Shown: piece after piece, positions 48,843 through 58,091 of the stretch
Layout of the letters: each line of letters starts with the position of its first letter
How positions within the stretch are numbered: the stretch's first letter is position 1
Assembly: GCA_963708135.1 (NCBI GenBank)
Contig: OY970192.1
Location: forward strand, 2,240,001-2,304,000
Length of the DNA: 64,000 nucleotides
Reading direction: 5' to 3'
DNA from: an uncultured Gemmatimonadales bacterium
Lineage (GTDB): Bacteria; Gemmatimonadota; Gemmatimonadetes; Longimicrobiales; RSA9
Translations under genes and position numbers: made by a program
The notes under the pieces: generated by a model
Told to the model about the DNA's origin: nothing
The model's database searches: none
What the model saw: the letters and a program-made list of their open reading frames with translations, nothing else

Positions 48843-50164
48843 GCGGCGGCCTCGGCCGGCAGCCGCTCCTCGGGCGGCCAGTCGCGCGGGGCGTCGGAGA
48901 CGGAGCGCAGGATCAGAAAGCTGGCGATGACGCCGCCGAGGAGCGTGAGCACGGCCGCCGGCCGGCCGAGCCCGAGCACGTCCACGACGAATCCCCAGAT
49001 GAACGGCCCTGTGACGGCGGAGAAGCGGCCGACCATGCCGTAGAGCCCGTAGAACTCGCCGACCCGGGCCGGCGGCGTGAGGCGCAACATGTAGGGGCGG
49101 TCCGCGGTCCAGGTGCCGCCGAGAGCGATGCCGGCCAGGCAGGCGGCCGGCCAGAAGACGGCGCCCGGGAGGTGGAAGAACCCGACGGCGGCGACCCAGA
49201 CGAAGACGACGAACCAGAGCACGAGCACCGTTTCGAGCGTGCGCTTCGGGCCGATCCGGTCCACGATCCTGCCCCAGCCGAACGCGCCGACGGCGGCGAA
49301 GCTGATGGCGGTGAGCAGGACGAAGGAGACCTGCTTGGCCGTGAAGCCGACCTCGTTGGTGACGTAGACGCCCATGAAGGCGATGACGGTGTTGACCGCA
49401 TTGGTGTAGAAGGCGCGGCCGACGAGGAAGCGCAGCAGCCCGGGGTAGCGGCCGCTGGCCTTGATGGTCCCCACGACCTGTCTCAGGGCGGCGCCGACCG
49501 AGGACAGGCGGAAGCGCCGGGCGCGCCGCACGCGCTCGCGCACGAAGAAGAAGCATGGCAGGGCGAAGGCGAGGAACAACACGGCGGTGACCCGGAAGAC
49601 GGTCTCGTAGCGCTCGGTTTGCACGGCGTGCGGCATTCCCTCGACGCCCTTGAGGAGGACCGTGCCGACGGCGACGCCGATGAAGGAGCCGACGTAGCCC
49701 ATGCCGATGCCGACGCCGCCCACGATCCCGCGGTTCTCCTCCACGCTCACGTCGGGGAGCAGCGCGTCGTAGAACTGGAGGCCGGCCTGATAGGCCACGT
49801 TGGCGATCGCGAAGAAGACGAGCGAGGGGACGAGCCCGCCCACGCCCAGGAACAGCGTGAACGCCACGCAGATGAGGGTGGACGCCACCAGGAACGGCAT
49901 GCGCCGCGACGCCTGGTCCGTGAGCGCGCCGAGGAGCGGCGCGCTCACGAAGATGACGGCCATCGAGATGCTTGTCGTGAACGCGTAGTCGGCATCCCGC
50001 CCCCCCATCACGTTGACCACCCAGATGGAGAAGTAGAGCGACACGATGTTCATGGAGAAGATCGTGTTGGCCAGGTCGTAGAGGACCCAGCTGCCGACGG
50101 AGAGCCGGCCCGGCCGCGTGGCCGCCCGGACCCCCTCCGTCGCGTCGGTGCTCACCGTGCTCAT
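48839..50164 (-). CDS. MFS transporter (UMF1/Atg22-like)
   Basis: SW.LYDLAN, APLLGALTD, FYDALLP, GYVG, GEFYGLY...GR....GP. Confidence 0.88.
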   Translation of the reverse strand: MSTVSTDATEGVRAATRPGRLSVGSWVLYDLANTIFSMNIVSLYFSIWVVNVMGGRDADYAFTTSISMAVIFVSAPLLGALTDQASRRMPFLVASTLICVAFTLFLGVGGLVPSLVFFAIANVAYQAGLQFYDALLPDVSVEENRGIVGGVGIGMGYVGSFIGVAVGTVLLKGVEGMPHAVQTERYETVFRVTAVLFLAFALPCFFFVRERVRRARRFRLSSVGAALRQVVGTIKASGRYPGLLRFLVGRAFYTNAVNTVIAFMGVYVTNEVGFTAKQVSFVLLTAISFAAVGAFGWGRIVDRIGPKRTLETVLVLWFVVFVWVAAVGFFHLPGAVFWPAACLAGIALGGTWTADRPYMLRLTPPARVGEFYGLYGMVGRFSAVTGPFIWGFVVDVLGLGRPAAVLTLLGGVIASFLILRSVSDAPRDWPPEERLPAEAAA

Positions 50165-51009
50165 GCGGCTCCGTGGCCCGGGATCTCCTCGGTGTCGCGG
50201 CGCGGAAGCCCCTCCGCGCGCAGCGCTCCGGCCAGCGCGGCGAGGCGCTCGGGCGCGAGCGTCTCCGGCCGCGCCTCCAGCTCCAGCCCCGTGGCCGCCT
50301 GCACCCGCCCGAGCGCCGCGGCGTCCAGCCCGTATTCGGGCGAGCTGCGCAGCGTCTTCTGGAGCTGCTTGCGCCGCCAGCCGAACGCGACCCGGGCCAG
50401 CGTGCGCAGATCGCGCTCCTCCGCCGGGCTCGTGCGCGGCGGCGCGTGCGGCACGATCCGCAGCACCGTGGAGTCCACGTCCGGAACCGGCCGGAACGCC
50501 GCGCGCCCGATCGTGAAGAGCAGCTCCACGTCCGCCACGCTGCGCACGCCGACCGAGAGCGCGCCGTAGGTGCGGCCCCCGGGCGGCGCGGCGATCCGCT
50601 CCGCCACCTCCTTCTGCACCATCAGCACGAGGACCGCGGGACGCGGCCGCTCCAGCAGGTGGAACAGCAGCGGCGTCGTGATGTTGTAGGGCACGTTCCC
50701 GATGACGCGCAACCCGGCGACGTCCTCGAAGGCGGATTCCGGGCGGAAGCGCAGGATGTCCGCGTGCACGACCTCCACGCCCGGCACGCCGCCCAGCTCG
50801 GCCTCGAGCGCCGCCGCGAGCGCGTCATCCAGCTCGACCGCCACCAGCCGGCCGACGCTGCCCGCCAGGTGGCGCGTGAGCGCCCCCCGCCCGGGGCCGA
50901 CCTCGAGCACCGCGTCCCCGGCGCCCGCCCCGAGCGCCGCCACGATCTTGCGCTGCAGGTTCGGGTCGACCAGGAAGTTCTGGCCGAGCGACCGCTTGGG
51001 CCGGGCCAC
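50161..51009 (-). CDS. rsmA: 16S rRNA m6,2A dimethyltransferase
   Basis: PKRSLGQNFL, VLEVGPG.GALT, GNVPYNIT, MVQKEVA.R, F.P.P.VDS, F..RRK.L. Confidence 0.96.
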   Translation of the reverse strand: MARPKRSLGQNFLVDPNLQRKIVAALGAGAGDAVLEVGPGRGALTRHLAGSVGRLVAVELDDALAAALEAELGGVPGVEVVHADILRFRPESAFEDVAGLRVIGNVPYNITTPLLFHLLERPRPAVLVLMVQKEVAERIAAPPGGRTYGALSVGVRSVADVELLFTIGRAAFRPVPDVDSTVLRIVPHAPPRTSPAEERDLRTLARVAFGWRRKQLQKTLRSSPEYGLDAAALGRVQAATGLELEARPETLAPERLAALAGALRAEGLPRRDTEEIPGHGAA

Positions 51010-51010
51010 G

Positions 51011-52588
51011 TCACACGCGGACGAGCACGGCGGTCCGATCGTCGGGCGGCACGCTGAGCTCCGCCCCTTCCGCGGTCGCGAACACGCGCTCGAGCACCTC
51101 CGCGAGCGGCTGGCCGAGCAGCTCATGGACCCGGCCGAGCAGCGCCGCCTCGCCTGCCGCGCCGCTGCCGAAGGCGTCCGAGAGCCCGTCCGTGAACAGG
51201 AGCAGCACGTCCTCCGCGTCGGTCCACGGCACCGCCGCCTCGCCGTAGTCGTGGAAGGTCACGATGCCGAGCGGCGGGCTGGTGGCGCCCAGGCGCAGGG
51301 CCACGCCTTCGTGGCGCAGGGCGAACGCGTGCGGGTGGCCGGCGTTCGAGTAGACGAGCCGTCCGTGCGCCGGGTCGAGCACGCCGTAGAAGAGCGTCAG
51401 GTACATCTCCGTCGTCTCGAGCTCGTCGATGAGCGCCGCGTGGACCCGGCGCAGCACCTCGGCGGGCGGGTCGGACTCCTGGGCCGAGATGGCGACGGCG
51501 CTCATGGTGAGCGCCATGATCAGCGCGGCCGCGAAGCCGTGGCTGGAGACGTCGCCGATCATGACGCCCAGCCGGTCGCCCGAGAGGCGGAACAGGTGGT
51601 AGAAGTCGCCACCCACCGACTCGGCGGGGACGCAGCGCGCGGCCACATCCGCGGTGCCGTCGAAATCGGAGGTGTCGGGGAGCAGCTTCAGCTGGAGGTC
51701 GTGCGCCAGCTCGAGCTCGCGCATGAGCCGCTCCTGGCTGAGGCTCTCCTGCATGAGGCGCTGCGTCTCCAGCGCGGCGCCGACCTGGCTCGCGATGGCC
51801 GCCAGCAGGCGCGCGTCGCCGGCCGTGAAGCGCACGTTCGAGCGCCGCCCCACCAGCGTGATGACGCCCACCGTGCGGGCCTCCCCCTCGGGCGGCGTAT
51901 AGCTGATCGGGACGGACAGGAAGGCCTCGCGCCCGTGCGGCCGCGGGTCCAGGTTCGTGCCGCGCGGCAGCGCCGTGCCGCGCTCCAGATTCAGCGGCTG
52001 GCGCTCGCGGAACACCCAGGCCGTGGCCGAATCCGGGTCGTCCACGGGAATCGGCTGGCGCGGCGCCTCCTCCCCCTCGGCGGCGCGCGGGTAGAGCTTG
52101 CCGTCCGCGGGATCGAAGACCCAGATCGACGCGCGCCGCGCGCCCAGCACATCCGCCACCTCCGTGAGGATACGCCCGGCGGCCGACTCGAGCGTGAGCA
52201 CGGAGCCGAGGATCTCGCTGATCGAGTAGAGCAGGTTGATCTCCTCGTACTTCTCGCTCAGCTCGTGCGCCGCGGAGCGCGCCTCCTCCTCGTAGGCGAA
52301 CGCCTGGCGCAGCGCGTCCCCGAGGAAGCGCGCCGCGATCGGGTCCGCCTCCCCGTCCACCTCCAGCCCGAGCGTCCCGCCGCCCGGCAGCGTCAGCGCG
52401 CGCATCGGCCCCACCGGCGCCGGCGGCGCGCCGTCCTCCGCCCCCGATGGCTGTACCCGCGTCCAGCCGCCGTCGAGCGGGGTCCACAGCCGCACGTCCA
52501 CGCCTGGCTGCGCGACCCGGAACGCCTCGAGCAGCGCCGCCACCCCGCGCGGCAGCCGATCGCGCGTCGGCACCGCCGTCGCCGTCAC
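51011..52588 (-). CDS. GAF plus SpoIIE/PP2C phosphatase (RsbU-like)
   Basis: ELELAHDLQ..LLP, VGGDFY, IGDVSSHG, YSNAGHP, LFTDGL, DDRT. Confidence 0.92.
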   Translation of the reverse strand: MTATAVPTRDRLPRGVAALLEAFRVAQPGVDVRLWTPLDGGWTRVQPSGAEDGAPPAPVGPMRALTLPGGGTLGLEVDGEADPIAARFLGDALRQAFAYEEEARSAAHELSEKYEEINLLYSISEILGSVLTLESAAGRILTEVADVLGARRASIWVFDPADGKLYPRAAEGEEAPRQPIPVDDPDSATAWVFRERQPLNLERGTALPRGTNLDPRPHGREAFLSVPISYTPPEGEARTVGVITLVGRRSNVRFTAGDARLLAAIASQVGAALETQRLMQESLSQERLMRELELAHDLQLKLLPDTSDFDGTADVAARCVPAESVGGDFYHLFRLSGDRLGVMIGDVSSHGFAAALIMALTMSAVAISAQESDPPAEVLRRVHAALIDELETTEMYLTLFYGVLDPAHGRLVYSNAGHPHAFALRHEGVALRLGATSPPLGIVTFHDYGEAAVPWTDAEDVLLLFTDGLSDAFGSGAAGEAALLGRVHELLGQPLAEVLERVFATAEGAELSVPPDDRTAVLVRV

Positions 52589-53022
52589 GCCCGGCCCCGG
52601 CGGCGCCGCCGCGCGGGCCCGGACGAGAGCACCATCGTGATGGAGTTGCCGCGCTCGTTGAAGACCACCTCGTCCATCAGCTTGCGGATCAGGAAGATGC
52701 CGCGGCCGCCGGGGCGGCTGCGATTGTCGGGTAGCGTGGGATCGGGCAGGTTGCTGGGGTCGAAGCCGCCGCCCTCGTCGGTCACCTGGACCACGATGCG
52801 CTGCGGGCTGAGGTGCGCCTCCAGGCGCACGCGCTTGGCGGGATCGCGACGATTGCCGTACAGCATGGCGTTGGCCAGGGCCTCGGTCAGGCTGACCCGG
52901 AAGTTCAGGCGCAGCCGCTCACTCTCGAAGCCCGCGTCGCGGCTCCGGTCCATCAGGTAATGAACGGCCCGCTCGATCGTGCGCAGGTCGTTCGGCAGCT
53001 CCAGGATGTAATCCAGCGGCAT
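52585..53022 (-). CDS. Anti-sigma factor Ser/Thr kinase (RsbW-like)
   Basis: EALANAMLYGN, VTDEGGGF, GGRGIFLIRKLMDEV. Confidence 0.92.
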   Translation of the reverse strand: MPLDYILELPNDLRTIERAVHYLMDRSRDAGFESERLRLNFRVSLTEALANAMLYGNRRDPAKRVRLEAHLSPQRIVVQVTDEGGGFDPSNLPDPTLPDNRSRPGGRGIFLIRKLMDEVVFNERGNSITMVLSSGPARRRRRGRA

Positions 53023-53091
53023 CGACGGCTCGGCGGAACGGGACGAGATCCTCCTTTCGATGATAGGGCCGGCCGGCCCCGGACGACAGCC

Positions 53092-53424
53092 TCAGAGGGA
53101 GGCCAGCGCCTCGTCCCGGCTGTCCGCGATGTGGAAGAGCGTGTCCAGCTTCGTGAGCTCGAACAGGGTGCGCAGGTCCTCGTTCAGGTTGGCCAGCCGC
53201 AGCTCGCCGCCCTGCTCCCGGATCTTCTTCGACAGGCTGACCAGGACGCCGAGCCCGGACGAGTCAATGTAGCCCGTGTTCGCGAAATCGATCAGGAACT
53301 TCCGCGCCCCGCCATCCAGCTCCTCCAGCACCTTCTGCTTCAGCTCCTGGCGGTTGCCGACGATCAGCTGCCCCTCAACGCCGATCACCGTCACCTCGCC
53401 CTGCTTGCTCACGTCGAATCCCAT
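53092..53424 (-). CDS. STAS anti-anti-sigma factor (RsbV-like)
   Basis: YIDSSGLGVL phospho-Ser motif; LFELTKLD; 110 aa. Confidence 0.93.
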   Translation of the reverse strand: MGFDVSKQGEVTVIGVEGQLIVGNRQELKQKVLEELDGGARKFLIDFANTGYIDSSGLGVLVSLSKKIREQGGELRLANLNEDLRTLFELTKLDTLFHIADSRDEALASL

Positions 53425-53463
53425 GGTGCCCCCTGTGATGTGTGTTGCCCGTCCCCGGGCGGG

Positions 53464-53480
53464 GGCAAGGACCATGCCTT
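53464..53480 (-). promoter_or_regulatory. sigma54-like -24/-12 motif upstream of rsbVWU
   Basis: Minus strand AAGGCATG-GTCC-TTGCC. Confidence 0.55.
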
Positions 53481-53536
53481 GTCCCGGTCCGGCCGCGGCC
53501 CGGGATCTGCCGGCGCCGCGGCCCCCGCCCGGACCG

Positions 53537-54547
53537 CTACGCCTGCAGCCCCGCAATGCAGGCCACGTTCACGATGTCTTCGTCCGACGCGCCGCGCGAC
53601 AGGTCGTTCACCGGCCGAGCGAGCCCCTGCAGGATCGGCCCGATCGCCTCCGCCCCCGCCAGGCGCTGCACCAGCTTGTAGGCGATGTTGCCGGCATCCA
53701 GGTCCGGGAACACGAGCACGTTGGCCTGCCCCCGCAGCGGGGAATCCGGCGCCTTCCGCGCCGCCACGTCCCGGATCAGCGCCGCGTCCACCTGCAGCTC
53801 GCCGTCCGCCGCCACGTCCGGCAACGCCGCGCGGAACAGCGCCAGCGCCTCCCGCACGCGCAGCACGCTCGGGCCCTCCGCGCTGCCCCGGGTGGAGTAG
53901 GACAGGAAGGCGACGCGGGGCTCGTCCCCCACGATCGCGCGCCGCGCCTCCACGGCCGCCCGCGCGATCTCGGCCAGCTGCTCCGCCGTGGGGTCCGGCA
54001 CGACACCGCCGTCGGTGAACGTCAGCACCTCCTCACCCAGGCCGCGGAAGTCCTTCACGAGCATGTAGAACGAGGAGGAGACCGTGCGGATCCCGGCCGC
54101 AGTGCCCACGCACCGGAGCGCCGCGCGCAGCACATCCGCCGTCGTCCGCACCGCCCCCGCCACCATCGCGTCGGCCTCGCCTTCCCGCACCATGAGCGCG
54201 CCGAACACGAGGGGGTCCTCCACCGCCTCGCGGGCCTCGGCCCGGCTGATCCCGGCCTCCCGGCGCAGCGCCTGGTACGCCAGGCCGTAGGCGTCCGCGC
54301 GCGGATCCGTGGCCGGATCGAGAACCGTCACGCCAGCGCCGGGCGCCGGCTCCGGCTCCTCGCGCCGCAGCGCGTCGAGCGCGCGGTGGAGCTCCGCCTC
54401 CGGACCGAGCAGGATCGGACGTGCCAGGCCGCCGCGCAGGAGGCGGAGCGCCGCCCGGAGCGTCCTCGGATCGAGCGCCTCCGGCAGCACGATCCGCCGG
54501 CACAGCGCGGCGGCGCGGAGGTGCAGCGTATCCAGAAAGTCGCTCAC
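53537..54547 (-). CDS. pta: Phosphate acetyltransferase
   Basis: [59 protein letters not shown]. Confidence 0.95.
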   Translation of the reverse strand: MSDFLDTLHLRAAALCRRIVLPEALDPRTLRAALRLLRGGLARPILLGPEAELHRALDALRREEPEPAPGAGVTVLDPATDPRADAYGLAYQALRREAGISRAEAREAVEDPLVFGALMVREGEADAMVAGAVRTTADVLRAALRCVGTAAGIRTVSSSFYMLVKDFRGLGEEVLTFTDGGVVPDPTAEQLAEIARAAVEARRAIVGDEPRVAFLSYSTRGSAEGPSVLRVREALALFRAALPDVAADGELQVDAALIRDVAARKAPDSPLRGQANVLVFPDLDAGNIAYKLVQRLAGAEAIGPILQGLARPVNDLSRGASDEDIVNVACIAGLQA

Positions 54548-55062
54548 CTCTCTTCCTCCCGCGAGCTCCGCGCGAGCACGGCCAACAGGCGGGCGTGCAC
54601 GGCGGGGGTCACGAAGTCGCGCACGTCGCCGCCCAGCGCGGCGATCTCGCGCACCAGCGAGGCCGAGAGGAAGGAGTACTGCACGTCCGGGGCGAGGAAG
54701 ATGGTCTCGATCTCGCCCCAGAGCTCCCGGTTCATGAGCGCCATCTGGAACTCGTACTCGAAGTCGGAGACGGCGCGCAGCCCGCGGATGATGAGGCGGG
54801 CCTGGTGGGCGCGGGCGAAGTCCACGAGCAGCCCCGTGAACTCCGCCACCTCGACCTTCGGCTCATCGGCGAACGTGTCGCGGATCATCTCGACCCGCTC
54901 CGCGATCGGGAACAGCCCCTCCTTCTTCTGGGTTGCCGTGTGCGCCACGGCCACCACGAGCCGGTCCGTGAACGTCAGCGCGCGCCGCACGATGTCCTCG
55001 TGGCCGCGCGTGATCGGGTCGAACGACCCGGGGTAGATGGCACTCCGGTTCTCTTGGCTCAT
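54544..55062 (-). CDS. coaD: Phosphopantetheine adenylyltransferase
   Basis: [30 protein letters not shown]. Confidence 0.97.
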   Translation of the reverse strand: MSQENRSAIYPGSFDPITRGHEDIVRRALTFTDRLVVAVAHTATQKKEGLFPIAERVEMIRDTFADEPKVEVAEFTGLLVDFARAHQARLIIRGLRAVSDFEYEFQMALMNRELWGEIETIFLAPDVQYSFLSASLVREIAALGGDVRDFVTPAVHARLLAVLARSSREEER

Positions 55063-55586
55063 TCCGGTGCGGGGATGGAGGTGAGGGCGGTTTCGCCGTA
55101 GCGGCGCGTCCGCGCGCCGGGCAGCGCGGGAAGCGGCGTCCTGGCCCGGTGCTCCAGCCAGAGCCAGCGGGCGAACGGCCGGCGCGCGAATGCCTCGACC
55201 AGCGCGGCGGCGGCGGCTTCATCGTAGGGCGGGTCGGCCAGCGCGACGTCGAAGGCCAGTGGCTCGAGCCCCTCGACGTAACGCAGCGCATCGCCCCGGA
55301 CCACGGTCGCCTCGCCCGCGGCGCCGAGCTTCTCCAGGTTGCCGGCGAGGGCCTTCAGGGCGCCGCCGGCGCGCTCGACGAACGTGGCATGCGCCGCGCC
55401 GCGCGAAAGCGCCTCCAGCCCGAGCGCGCCCGAGCCGGCGTAGAGGTCCAGCACGGCGGCTGCCGGAAGCAGTGGGAGCAGCGCGCTCATCCAGGCCTCG
55501 CGCACGCGGTCCGTCGTGGGCCGGGTGCGGCGGCCGGGCGGCGCCTGGATGACGTGCCCGCGCCAGCGCCCGGCGATGATCCTCAT
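55059..55586 (-). CDS. rsmD: 16S rRNA m2G966 methyltransferase
   Basis: MRIIAG..RG, RPTTDRVREA, LDLYAGSGALGLEALSRGA, DPPY. Confidence 0.95.
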   Translation of the reverse strand: MRIIAGRWRGHVIQAPPGRRTRPTTDRVREAWMSALLPLLPAAAVLDLYAGSGALGLEALSRGAAHATFVERAGGALKALAGNLEKLGAAGEATVVRGDALRYVEGLEPLAFDVALADPPYDEAAAAALVEAFARRPFARWLWLEHRARTPLPALPGARTRRYGETALTSIPAPE

Positions 55587-57352
55587 TCCACCCGCCGCAG
55601 ATCCACCAGCCGGGCCTGCAGGCGGGAGCGGCCCTTCCAGCGGTCCTCGACGAGCTGGAACGCGACGTCCAGCCGGGCGCGGCCGCCGGCGAGCTCGTCC
55701 GCCCGCTCGGCCATGCGGAACCCGATCGCAGCCAGCCGCACCCCGTCCTGCAGCAGCTCGAGCTTCAGGTGGTCCTTCCCCACGATCCGCGCTGGGCCAT
55801 GCATCGCCACCCCCCGGGCCGCGAACACCGGCGTGGGGTTTCCCACCCCGAACGGCCCGAGGTGGCGCAGGTAGCGGCACAGCTCCGACGTCGCCTCCGC
55901 CAATCGGACCTCGAGGTCGATCGCCAGCTCGGGGACCAGCGCTTCCGGCGGGAGCACGACGCGGGCATGGGCGTTCAGCGCCTCGCGGAACGCCGCGATC
56001 CGCGCCGGCTCGATGTCGAGCCCCGCCGCGGCGGCGTGGCCGCCGAAGCGCTGCAGGTGCGGCGCGCACGCGGCCAGCGCTTCGTAGAGGTGGAAGCCGG
56101 GGATCGAGCGGGCGCTGCCACGAGCCCTCGGCGCCGCGCCGTTCAGCGCGATGAGGACGGCCGGCCGGTGGATCCGCTCCACCACCCGCGACGCGACGAT
56201 GCCGATCACGCCCGGGTGCCACCCCTCCCCCGCGAGCACCACCACGCGGTCGGCCTCCGGGTCGAAGTCCCGCGCGAGCAGAGCCAGCGCCTCGTCCAGC
56301 GTGGCGCGGTCCAGCGTCTGTCGCTCCCGATTCAGCTCGCCGAGCCGCGCCGCCAGCGCAGCCGCCTCCGCCTCGTCCTCCGAGAGCAGCAGCCGCGCGC
56401 CGATGGCCGCGTCGTCGATCCGGCCCACGGCGTTCAGCCGCGGCGCCAGCACGTGGCTTACCTGCCCCGCCGCGAGCTCCTCCAGCTCGGCCAGCCCCGC
56501 CTCCCGCAGCATTGCGGCGAGGCCCGGGTTGCGCGTCTCGCGGAGCACGCGCAGCCCTACGCGCGCGAGCACCCGGTTCTCGCCCCGGAGCGGCACCAGG
56601 TCCGCGATGGTGGCCAGCGCCACCAGGTCGAGCTGGTACCAGAGCCACGTCTCTTCCAGCCCACGCGCCCGCGCGAGCGCCTGGCACACCTTGAAGGCGA
56701 CGCCCGTGCCCGCCAGCACCGCCTCCGGATAGCCGGAATCCGCGCGCTTCGGATCGACCACGGCCACCGCCGCGGGCAGCGTCGCCCCCGGCGTGTGGTG
56801 GTCCGTCACGATGACGTCGATCCCGGCCGCGCCCGCCGCCTCCACGGCGTCGTGGGCGAGGATGCCGCAGTCGCCGGTGAGGATCAGCCCCGCCCCCACC
56901 TCCACGGCCCGCCGCACGCCGCCCTCGCCGAGGTCGTAGCCGTCCGCGACGCGGTGCGGCACGAAGGTCTCCACCTTCGCACCGAGCCGCCGCAGCACGC
57001 GGGTATAGAGGCTGGCCGCGCAGATCCCGTCCACGTCGTAATCCCCGTGGACCAGGATCGTCTCGCCGGCATCGAGCGCGCGGGAGAGGCGGGCCGCGGC
57101 CGGCCCCACATCGGCGAGGAGGAGCGGGTCGAGGAGCTGATCGAGGCGGGGGCGCAGGAACCTGCGGGCGTCGGGATCCGTGCGGTGGCCACGCTGCACC
57201 AGCAGGCGGCAGAGAGGCAGCGGGAGTGACAGGACCTGCGCGAGGGCAGCGGCCGCCTCGGCGCCTTCCGCCTCCTCCGCTCGCGCCACCCACCGGGGGC
57301 GCGGCACCGAGAGCCGGGTCGGAGGCGTCGGACGCGCGGCCGGAGCGGTCAT
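55583..57352 (-). CDS. recJ: ssDNA exonuclease RecJ
   Basis: GDYDVDG, TDHH, TIADLVPL, PRLNA.GR, WHPGVIGIVA, RGSARS, FGGH..AAG, PFG.GNP.P. Confidence 0.96.
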   Translation of the reverse strand: MTAPAARPTPPTRLSVPRPRWVARAEEAEGAEAAAALAQVLSLPLPLCRLLVQRGHRTDPDARRFLRPRLDQLLDPLLLADVGPAAARLSRALDAGETILVHGDYDVDGICAASLYTRVLRRLGAKVETFVPHRVADGYDLGEGGVRRAVEVGAGLILTGDCGILAHDAVEAAGAAGIDVIVTDHHTPGATLPAAVAVVDPKRADSGYPEAVLAGTGVAFKVCQALARARGLEETWLWYQLDLVALATIADLVPLRGENRVLARVGLRVLRETRNPGLAAMLREAGLAELEELAAGQVSHVLAPRLNAVGRIDDAAIGARLLLSEDEAEAAALAARLGELNRERQTLDRATLDEALALLARDFDPEADRVVVLAGEGWHPGVIGIVASRVVERIHRPAVLIALNGAAPRARGSARSIPGFHLYEALAACAPHLQRFGGHAAAAGLDIEPARIAAFREALNAHARVVLPPEALVPELAIDLEVRLAEATSELCRYLRHLGPFGVGNPTPVFAARGVAMHGPARIVGKDHLKLELLQDGVRLAAIGFRMAERADELAGGRARLDVAFQLVEDRWKGRSRLQARLVDLRRVE

Positions 57353-57380
57353 GGGGCGGGCGCCATCGCCGGTGGGCGGG

Positions 57381-58091
57381 TCAGGAGTCTTCGGCGTAGA
57401 GGATCACGCCGCAGGCCTCGCAGCGCATGAGCGAGCGCGCGGCACGGACCTCCGCCTGCTGCTGGATCGGCAGCACGTTGAAGCACTGGCCGCAGGCGCC
57501 GTCGTGCGTGAGGGCGGCCAGCACCCGTCGGCTGCGGCCGGCGTGCACGCGCTCGTAGAGGCGAGCCGCCTGCGGGTCGAGTCGAATCGTTTGGTTGGAG
57601 CGCTTCGCGCGCAGGACCTCGAGCGCTTCCTCGGCCTCCTTCCGGCCGGCCAGCAGCTCCTGCCTCCGGGGCTCGACATCCTCGCGTACCCGGCCGAGCT
57701 CCTTCTCCACGTCGTCGCCCTTGAGCTCCGTGCGCGTGGCCTGCTCCATCAGCTCCAGCGCCTCCTGCTCGTCCGCCAGCGCGGCCTTGCGCACCAGGTC
57801 CATCTCCGTGCGTACCGCGGCCTCCTCGCGCTGATTGCGGATCCGGCCCATTCGATCCTCGTAGAGCTTCAGCCGCTCCCGCTTCTGATTCGCGCCGCGC
57901 TCCAGCCGCTGCACGTCCCGGCGCAGTTCCTCCAGCCGCGTGCGCAGCCCCTCCAGGTCCCGCTCCAGCGCCACCACCGGCGCGTCCAGCTCTGCCATCC
58001 TCGGGGCGAACTCCGCCAGCTTCCGCTCGGCCCCGTCGATGTTCTCGTCCAGCTCCTGGAGCTCCAGCAGTGCTCTGTAAACCTCTTGCAT
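57381..58091 (-). CDS. Coiled-coil plus C4 zinc-ribbon protein (DUF164/zf-RING_7; HP0958/CT398-like)
   Basis: LLELQELD N-terminus, long coiled coil, LYER, CGQC...CEACG.ILY. Confidence 0.9.
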   Translation of the reverse strand: MQEVYRALLELQELDENIDGAERKLAEFAPRMAELDAPVVALERDLEGLRTRLEELRRDVQRLERGANQKRERLKLYEDRMGRIRNQREEAAVRTEMDLVRKAALADEQEALELMEQATRTELKGDDVEKELGRVREDVEPRRQELLAGRKEAEEALEVLRAKRSNQTIRLDPQAARLYERVHAGRSRRVLAALTHDGACGQCFNVLPIQQQAEVRAARSLMRCEACGVILYAEDS

